From an uncultured Bacilli bacterium (lineage in GTDB: Bacteria; Bacillota_I; Bacilli_A; RF39; UBA660), in NCBI GenBank assembly GCA_944358405.1, contig CALVQX010000036.1:1-61018 (forward strand): a DNA stretch of 61,018 nucleotides, written 5' to 3'. A model generated the notes under the pieces. It ran no database searches and was not told where the DNA came from. It saw only the letters and a list, made by a program, of their open reading frames with translations. Made by a program: the position numbers and the translations under genes. Below, piece by piece: positions 54,775-61,018 of this stretch; within the stretch, counting starts at the first letter, position 1, and each line of letters opens with the position of its first letter.

Positions 54775-55745
54775 GATGAAAGAACAAGTAATTTTAGAAC
54801 CATAGCAAAAAAAGTATCTAGGAATGCAAACTCTGCTCCTAAGAATTATCAGATATCGATAGAAGAGGGAAGAAAAAGGTTGGAGGATACTCAAAATAGC
54901 ATCATCTTAAAATATCCTGCGGAAATAAAACACTCGAATTAAATACTGGACCAACGGGAAAGTTCAAAATATACGCTGTCATTCCCATTTCTAATAACAA
55001 ACAAAGAGATATCATTTTTTATATTCATGGTGCAGGTTGGGTCTATGGAAGCTTTCATACACATGAAAAGCTAGTAAGAGAATTGGCATCAAGAACGAAT
55101 TCTATAGTAATTTTTCCAGAATATACAAGATCACCCGAGGCCAAGTTTCCGTTAGCGATAGAACAATGCTATCAAGCACTATGTAGGATTCCTTTTATTC
55201 TCGAACAATTACAGCTAACTGCAGATTTAGAGAACTTAACAGTAGCTGGAGATAGTGCCGGTGGAAATATAGCCATAGCCATGACTTTATTAGCAAAATT
55301 TCAAAGTGGTCCTAAAATAGATAAACAACTATTATATTATCCAGTAACAAATGATAATTTTAATACCACTTCTTATCATGAATTTTCAGAAGGATATTAT
55401 TTAGATAGAGATAGTATGAAATGGTTTTGGAATCAATATATACCAGATGTTAGAATGAGAAATTATATTGTAGCAACACCTCTAAAAGCATCCTTAGAAC
55501 AACTCAAAAATTTACCGAAAGCCTTAATTATTACGGCAGAAGCAGATGTTTTAAGAGACGAAGGAATGGCTTATGCTACGAAATTAATGGCATCAGGAGT
55601 AGATGTAAGTGCACTTTGTATCAAAGGAACGATTCATGATTTTGCAATGCTAAATGATCTAGATCCATCCAATGGTAGTCGCCTAGCCATGGATGTCTCT
55701 GTAGCTTGGATAAGTAGAAAAGCCTCCCATCAAAATTCCAAGTAA
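54775..55745 (+). pseudogene. disrupted alpha/beta-hydrolase fold-3 (HSL-type) esterase gene
   Basis: The ATG at 54775 follows AGAAGGAGGG. An in-frame TAG occurs at 54802-54804 (codon 10). The frame changes from 1 to 0 between 54900 and 54940. The downstream frame carries the oxyanion motif YIHGAGWVYGS, the nucleophile elbow GDSAGGN, and DVLRDEG and HDF. Confidence 0.75.
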
Positions 55746-55929
55746 GGAGAATTTTTTTATTTCAAGCCTATTTTTAAAAAGATTTAAATATTAAAAGTAG
55801 GATACATCCATGTTGCAGAAATGTTCATGATAGAGATTTCCATGTAAGTTATAATATCATGTTGGAGGATGAAAGAAATATATGATAAAATTAATATAGA
55901 AAAAGGAAAATACATGAGGAGGAATTTAG

Positions 55930-56601
55930 ATGACATTAAGAGACTTACAAAAAGAATATAATAAACTACAACAAAAATACGGAGCTAAAACACTAGATCC
56001 CATTTACCATGGAGGATTAGAAGAAAATCCAGACATCTGTTTTGTCTTTATGAATCCCACAGGTAGAAATATTGCCTCATCAAAAGAATGGCATGGCCTA
56101 AAAGCACCTTGGATAGGGACAAAAAACATCTGGGATTTGTTTGTTCAATTAAATTTATTGGATAAAGAAATTTATCAACAAATCAAAGCAAAAAAAGGAT
56201 CCGAATGGACAGAATCCTTTGCTGAAGAAGTCTATAGCGATGTTAAGAAACATAAATACTTTATTACGAATTTAAGTAAATGTACTCAAGTAGATGCTAG
56301 AGAGTTAAAAGATGATGTGCATAAAAAATATCTGGATCTCCTAAAGCAAGAAATTAAAATAATTCAACCAAAAGTAATCATTTTATTTGGTAATCAAGTA
56401 AGCTCGATTGTTCTGAATGAAAAAATTTCTGTATCTCAAGTAAGAAGAAAATGTTTTCTAAAAGAAATCGATGGAATTCCATATAAATTTTATTCTGTTT
56501 ATTATCCAGTAGGAAATGGTAGATTTAATATGGATAAAGCCATAGAAGATATTGCCTGGATTATAAAAGAAGAACTTGCCAAAGAAAAAGTTTCCGTTTA
56601 G
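55930..56601 (+). CDS. uracil-DNA glycosylase superfamily protein (family not assignable by eye)
   Basis: RBS GAGGAGG. ICFVFMNPTGRN resembles UDG motif A (G-x-N-P-G type). A C-terminal YYPVGNG segment sits at the motif B position. Confidence 0.6.
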   Translation: MTLRDLQKEYNKLQQKYGAKTLDPIYHGGLEENPDICFVFMNPTGRNIASSKEWHGLKAPWIGTKNIWDLFVQLNLLDKEIYQQIKAKKGSEWTESFAEEVYSDVKKHKYFITNLSKCTQVDARELKDDVHKKYLDLLKQEIKIIQPKVIILFGNQVSSIVLNEKISVSQVRRKCFLKEIDGIPYKFYSVYYPVGNGRFNMDKAIEDIAWIIKEELAKEKVSV

Positions 56602-56621
56602 AAAAAACAATAATAAAGAAA

Positions 56622-57158
56622 CTATAGCCCAAATGTTAATGTAATAGGATCTTGAAATAATTCAATGTGTGGTGGAAAAAAAGTAAATAAGACAAAACAT
56701 AAAAATAAGATAAACAAAATAAGAATAGCCAATAAATAATTGCAAGAAACACTCATTTGAACTTTTTGATAAGTATAATAAGAACTTAAAATAATAGCTA
56801 CCACAAAACTACCAATATCCAAAATAGCAAAATTTGTCCCTATGATGCCAGTATATGTATAAAAAAACACTACAACAAAAGCCATTGCTAAAAGGATTGC
56901 TTTGGTTTTAATACATAAATAATTAGACTGTTTTCCCTCAAAGAAAAAACTTCCTATAACGGCCGTAATTAACATAGGGAAATAGATTAATTTTAAATGT
57001 TCCCATACACTTTCATTAACTGCACTAAAACTACCAACAAACAAGTTTTGATTAGACCATTCAAATGTAAAATGTAAAAGCGTTCCTAAAATTAAAGTAA
57101 AAACGATACTAAATAGTTCAAATTTTAAAATAGAATGCTGTCTTTTCATAATAATCAT
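56622..57158 (-). CDS. small polytopic membrane protein (DUF6512-like as I recall)
   Basis: 178 aa with about 5 TM helices and the motif HFTFEWSN...NESVWEHLKL. The start is either ATG 57158 or ATG 57149. Confidence 0.65.
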   Translation of the reverse strand: MIIMKRQHSILKFELFSIVFTLILGTLLHFTFEWSNQNLFVGSFSAVNESVWEHLKLIYFPMLITAVIGSFFFEGKQSNYLCIKTKAILLAMAFVVVFFYTYTGIIGTNFAILDIGSFVVAIILSSYYTYQKVQMSVSCNYLLAILILFILFLCFVLFTFFPPHIELFQDPITLTFGL

Positions 57159-57319
57159 CCATAATTATTATATGAAATTTTAAAAAAAATATAATTTCTT
57201 TCTGATAAACACCCCGAAAGAATCAGAAGAATATTTCAAAATTGTAATATTTTGTAATATAGAAAAAACGACAATCTCCTTTTTTGGTTCTAAAATAACC
57301 TTAGGAAAGGAGAAAGAAA

Positions 57320-57664
57320 ATGGAAAATTTCAAAGAAAAAATTCCAACAATATTAGGAGTAATTATCTTATTTGCATTTTGTTGGTTAGGATATTATTTA
57401 TTATTTGTTCAAAATTCACTTTACTATACCAAAATAGATAATGAGAACTTAAAAAAAATATCCTCTTCTGATATGAGATATCAATATACTTTAACTGCTT
57501 ATAACAGAAACGGAAAAAAGAAAGAAATCACCTTCAAAACTAGTAGAGAGTTAAAAGAAGACGCTTACTTAGAAGTAGAGATAATGATGGTAAGAGGAGT
57601 AAAGAGTTGGAAAGAAATTCAATATGACGAATTACCTAAAAAAGTACAATTGAAATATCAATAA
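57320..57664 (+). CDS. YxeA-family (DUF1093) small secreted or membrane-anchored protein
   Basis: An N-terminal TM helix is followed by YYTKIDNE...YQYTLTAYNRNGKKKEITF...LKEDAYLEV, which is typical of YxeA/DUF1093. Confidence 0.75.
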   Translation: MENFKEKIPTILGVIILFAFCWLGYYLLFVQNSLYYTKIDNENLKKISSSDMRYQYTLTAYNRNGKKKEITFKTSRELKEDAYLEVEIMMVRGVKSWKEIQYDELPKKVQLKYQ

Positions 57665-57698
57665 AATAAATATCGAAAAAAATTTATAAAAGTGCATC

Positions 57699-57722
57699 AA
57701 AGAGCAATAGACTGCTCTTTTT
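57699..57722 (+). terminator. rho-independent terminator
   Basis: AAAGAGCA-ATAGAC-TGCTCTTT followed by TT. Confidence 0.55.
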
Positions 57723-57857
57723 ATATGAAAAAATTCATCTTAACAAACAAAAAAAATAATGATAAAATGATAATAAGAAAAAATAGCATAGTGAAAAACA
57801 ACTATAAAAAATATCTATATAAATAAATTACCAAGAAAAAGAGAAAGGAGAAATAAT

Positions 57858-59810
57858 ATGTATAATACAACATATATAAATGATTTTCCTGAGCAATTAT
57901 ATCAAGCATATTTAAATAATCCTAAAGAATTAACAGAAGTAGAAAGAAATTATTTATTACAATATAAAAAAGGATCTAATGCAGTAGCGCTAGCATTTAA
58001 AGAATCACTAGATCACTATGTATTAATGAAATTAGCAACGGATAATAATTATATCAATAGTAAAGAATTTTATAATTATATAAATTATATTATGCATGTC
58101 TTTGAACAAAAGAAATTCGTAGTAAATGACAAAACATTTAATTTAGAATTAAATACCAATATCGTATTTAGAGATGAGAAATTAAGAAATAAAATATTTC
58201 AAAGGTTTTATCCAGAAAAGTTGGCTACTTCTTTAAATAGCTATATAAAAAACAATGAATCTATCCTGAATAATATAATTCAAAGAATAGAAAAGAGGAA
58301 GAAAATAAGTCAAAAAGAAATAGATTTTTTAAGTGATTATATATATTCAAGTAGAAATTTTACAGATGATAAAGCAACAAAATTAGTAGAATATATTTTC
58401 AATGAGATTGATGAATCATCTGGAATAAAAACATCCGTAGAAATATTAGGAGCAGTTACTTCCTATTTTACTCAATGTTATACAAAAGATGATAAAGTAA
58501 AAAATTCTAGAACTTTTATAGCAGATTTTGATAATAGAAGTAATGATTTAGCCCATTCTTCGGGAAATAGAAAATATTGTTATTTTAATAGATCTGGATT
58601 TCTTTCCACTTCTTTAATATCGGATAGTTCTCTGAGCAAGTCTAGAACGTTTGAAAATAGGGATTTGTATTTCTTAATGATGGTATCTTTTCATGAATTA
58701 ACTCATGAGTATCAAAAAAATTTAGCCAAAGAATCTAAATGTACGAGTGGCGGAATGAGTTTCATTGTAAGAAACGTATTAAATGAAAACTTAGAAGGTT
58801 ATACAAAAACATCACAAGGAAATAAGAAATCAATTAGCGAATATTGTGTAAATCATGATTCTAGTGAATTTGAAATTCAAGCAGATGAAGAAGCGTGGAG
58901 ACAATGTAGAAGTTTTATTGCCAAACATTGCAGAAATTATGCCTACTATCATCAAAAGGATTCAAAAAAAGCAATGGATCGAGAAATGCAATGTCAGGAA
59001 AACGAGAAAGAAATAAGAGCCAGAAGAGCTTTTTCATTAAAAGAAGATAAAGACGGAGCAAAGATGCATTATGCACTCTATGACGTAAAAAAAATAGTCG
59101 ATATCGTTGGCCATAATCCTAAAGTAATATCTCAATATCCAATGTTAAAAAAATACCTAGATGATGAGGGAAGATTAAAAATATCCGTATTGTTCTCTGA
59201 AAACATAACGAGTACAGATATAGTAGGGTTAGATGTTGATGATTCTGGTTTAGAATTTGCAACTTATATGTTAGATTATGAAAGTAAAAGAATACTAAAA
59301 ACAATTGAAACAAGAAATCTTTCACCTCAACAAATAGATAATTTAATGTTAAATATATATAATGTAATGCACCAAAATGTTTTAAAAATTCGCGATGTAG
59401 ATCAGGTAAACTTTAATAACTATAAAGAAACAAAACATAAATACGATCTAGAAAATAAATCAGATGAGATCTATAATTATTACTTTAGAAAAAATGCTCA
59501 TGAAGTATATACAGCAATGAGAATTTTATATAAAATACATGATTGCTATCCTAATATGGAAGTATCAAGATATGATCATACCATGTATTATGTTAGTTAT
59601 TTTTATGAATTATTTCCAAAAATTAAAAATTATGACATGAATTCATTACAACAAATATGTGATTCGTATGATAAATCAAATGCACCAATATTAATGCAAC
59701 TATCTAATTTTGTCAAACTCAATTTATCAGATCCTAAAGCGATCAATGACAATAAAAATGGACAGCAAATAAGAAATCAAGTAGGTGGCCAAGGAAAACC
59801 TAAAAAATAA
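57858..59810 (+). CDS. 650-aa cytoplasmic protein of unknown function with a single HExxH zincin motif
   Basis: RBS AAAGGAGAA. No signal peptide or TM helix. FHELTHEY is at 58689-58712, followed about 55 aa later by SEFEIQADEEAW. Confidence 0.8.
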   Translation: MYNTTYINDFPEQLYQAYLNNPKELTEVERNYLLQYKKGSNAVALAFKESLDHYVLMKLATDNNYINSKEFYNYINYIMHVFEQKKFVVNDKTFNLELNTNIVFRDEKLRNKIFQRFYPEKLATSLNSYIKNNESILNNIIQRIEKRKKISQKEIDFLSDYIYSSRNFTDDKATKLVEYIFNEIDESSGIKTSVEILGAVTSYFTQCYTKDDKVKNSRTFIADFDNRSNDLAHSSGNRKYCYFNRSGFLSTSLISDSSLSKSRTFENRDLYFLMMVSFHELTHEYQKNLAKESKCTSGGMSFIVRNVLNENLEGYTKTSQGNKKSISEYCVNHDSSEFEIQADEEAWRQCRSFIAKHCRNYAYYHQKDSKKAMDREMQCQENEKEIRARRAFSLKEDKDGAKMHYALYDVKKIVDIVGHNPKVISQYPMLKKYLDDEGRLKISVLFSENITSTDIVGLDVDDSGLEFATYMLDYESKRILKTIETRNLSPQQIDNLMLNIYNVMHQNVLKIRDVDQVNFNNYKETKHKYDLENKSDEIYNYYFRKNAHEVYTAMRILYKIHDCYPNMEVSRYDHTMYYVSYFYELFPKIKNYDMNSLQQICDSYDKSNAPILMQLSNFVKLNLSDPKAINDNKNGQQIRNQVGGQGKPKK

Positions 59811-59842
59811 AAAATTAATAATTGATGAAAGTTGGTATAAAA

Positions 59843-60403
59843 ATGAATATAGAACAAATCAAAAAAGAATTGAAAGAATCTCTTTCGGAAAAACGCTATG
59901 ATCACAGTTTAAGAGTTGCCCAAATATCAAAAGAATTAGCAAAAAAGTATCATATAAATGAAGAAAAAGCATATGTAGCAGGACTAATTCACGATCTAGC
60001 AAAAGAATTATCTACAGAAGAAAATATGTATTGGATAAAGAAGTATCATTTATCAAAGACATTAGAACAAGAAGAAAGTAAAAATATCAAACACGCAGAT
60101 ATTGGAGCAGTCATAGCCAGGGAAAAATATCATCTAGAAGAAGATGTTTGTAATGCCATAAAATATCATACGATCGGCAATAAAAATATGGATTTACTAG
60201 CCAAAATTGTTTATATTGCAGATAAAATTGGCAGAAAAGAAATTCCCAAAAATCTAGAACCAGTAAAAGAATTAGCATATTGTAATATAGATAAAGCCTT
60301 ACTATATTGTGTAGAACAACAAGAGAAAAAACTAAAAGAAAAAGGAATTGCAATGCATAAAGATACGAAAGAATTATTAGAAAAATTACGCCATAAAGGA
60401 TAA
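59843..60403 (+). CDS. yqeK: HD-domain bis(5'-nucleosyl)-tetraphosphatase YqeK
   Basis: LSEKRYDHSLRVAQISKELAKKY...AGLIHDLAKE...KYHTIG...YIADKI are YqeK HD motifs. The ATG at 59843 is preferred over the upstream TTG/ATG. Confidence 0.8.
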   Translation: MNIEQIKKELKESLSEKRYDHSLRVAQISKELAKKYHINEEKAYVAGLIHDLAKELSTEENMYWIKKYHLSKTLEQEESKNIKHADIGAVIAREKYHLEEDVCNAIKYHTIGNKNMDLLAKIVYIADKIGRKEIPKNLEPVKELAYCNIDKALLYCVEQQEKKLKEKGIAMHKDTKELLEKLRHKG

Positions 60404-60539
60404 TAAAATAAACGTAGAGAAAAGGAAAATGACGTTTTTCATATCATACGAAGAGTTAGATATAAGAAATTGCTTATAAATAAGGATGAAAAAGTTTCAT
60501 AAAAAAACAAATTACCTCACACAGAGATGATTTGTTTTT

Positions 60540-60878
60540 TTACCATTCTTTTTTTCCATTTACGAATTCTTTGATATATCCAGTTAAACAATAAGGAGCT
60601 AAAATAAAAGCATAAAGTAAAACATAAAAAATAAATGCTAAAATACTTCTTCTTTCTAATTTACATTCAATTTTTCTTAACATATTTTTTCTTCTGATTT
60701 CAATGACCAAACAAAGTAGTAGACCAAGGAAAATAACAAGTAGAGTGAGCCAGCTCATCAATAGTTGATTATGAAATAGTAAGAAGATAATTCCTAATGG
60801 TATAAAGATAAGAAGTGCTAGATCGATAAATGGAAAAAATAGATTAAAGCACATTAAGAATTTAGATTTGAAATTCAA
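60540..60878 (-). CDS. small 3-TM membrane ORF, possibly the 3' remnant of a membrane glycosyltransferase gene
   Basis: The only start for the full ORF is a TTG, and no RBS is present. It is hydrophobic with an RRK loop. The upstream DNA on this strand is non-coding. Confidence 0.35.
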   Translation of the reverse strand: MNFKSKFLMCFNLFFPFIDLALLIFIPLGIIFLLFHNQLLMSWLTLLVIFLGLLLCLVIEIRRKNMLRKIECKLERRSILAFIFYVLLYAFILAPYCLTGYIKEFVNGKKEW

Positions 60879-60964
60879 CTTTTTAGAAGTTAGAGTCTGT
60901 AAATAAAACTGTGTAAAATAGAAATCTTTCCATGATAAAATAGAAGAAATGGAGAGATTTTTAT

Positions 60965-61018
60965 ATGAAAGAAAAAAGTAAAGGAAAAAAGATATTAGAA
61001 ATATTACAAGAAAATTAC
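60965..61018 (+). CDS. 5' end of a gene running off the window (MKEKSKGKKILEILQENY...)
   Basis: The ATG at 60965 follows AATGGAGAG. The frame is open to the window end. It is too short to name. Confidence 0.4.
   Translation, partial: MKEKSKGKKILEILQENY

Noticed and set aside
54802-54804. In-frame TAG in the esterase gene as programmed read-through or pyrrolysine
   Set aside because: The window holds no pyl genes or PYLIS-like context. The same gene also carries a frameshift about 100-140 nt downstream, so decay is the simpler explanation.
54691-54894. 67-aa minus-strand ORF upstream of the M16 genes
   Set aside because: It overlaps the RBS, start and first segment of the esterase pseudogene on the other strand, and has neither an RBS nor a sensible composition.
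1-61018. Search for a prophage, integrative element, restriction-modification, toxin-antitoxin, retron, CBASS or other defence-island signatures
   Set aside because: Apart from the IS fragment at the left edge, I found none of the following: integrase or recombinase, reverse transcriptase, nuclease/helicase pair, methyltransferase, cyclase or short paired toxin-antitoxin ORFs. The only candidates are the two unassigned large proteins, which are reported as findings.

Overview
This is a visibly AT-rich chromosomal segment of the low-GC Firmicutes type. Genes are tightly packed, most have strong GGAGG-like ribosome-binding sites, and nearly all lie on the + strand up to about 48 kb. I found no rRNA, tRNA or CRISPR array. 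No integrase, restriction, toxin-antitoxin or other recognisable defence module could be supported. The window is dominated by cell-envelope functions. (1) The 3' end of an ISAs1-type transposase gene sits at the left edge. (2) Next come a 1326-aa secreted GH73 glucosaminidase with Ig-like repeats, a kinase-less 7-PASTA membrane protein and an Opu-type compatible-solute ABC importer. (3) A locus of about 22 kb (13.6-35.7 kb) looks like an ABC-transporter-dependent rhamnose-containing cell-wall polysaccharide locus. It holds rfbACDB, about seven glycosyltransferases, a Wzm/Wzt-like exporter, separate AT3 acyltransferase and SGNH genes, a GtrB-like plus GT-C-like pair, and an embedded 1044-aa GH25 muramidase with seven tandem copies of a module I cannot assign. 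(4) Then follow a DagK-like kinase, FemAB, YfhO, an ArsR/P1B-ATPase metal efflux pair, a second GH25 enzyme and an XRE/DUF4097 pair. (5) A housekeeping stretch holds ylmH-like, mutY, a paired M16 peptidase, a UDG-like gene and yqeK, plus a disrupted esterase pseudogene and a sortase-type surface protein. The best candidates for undescribed biology are listed here. One is the repeat module shared by the GH25 hydrolase and a cytoplasmic GT2 in the same locus. Another is an orphan 598-aa cytoplasmic protein (11425-13218) carrying a PARP/ART-like H-x10-IL-xx-G motif, isolated by long non-coding flanks. Another is a 650-aa HExxH protein (57858-59810). The last is an unannotated 49-aa gene with a consensus promoter next to a MITE-like inverted-repeat element. 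All product calls come from reading motifs by eye. No database search was run.
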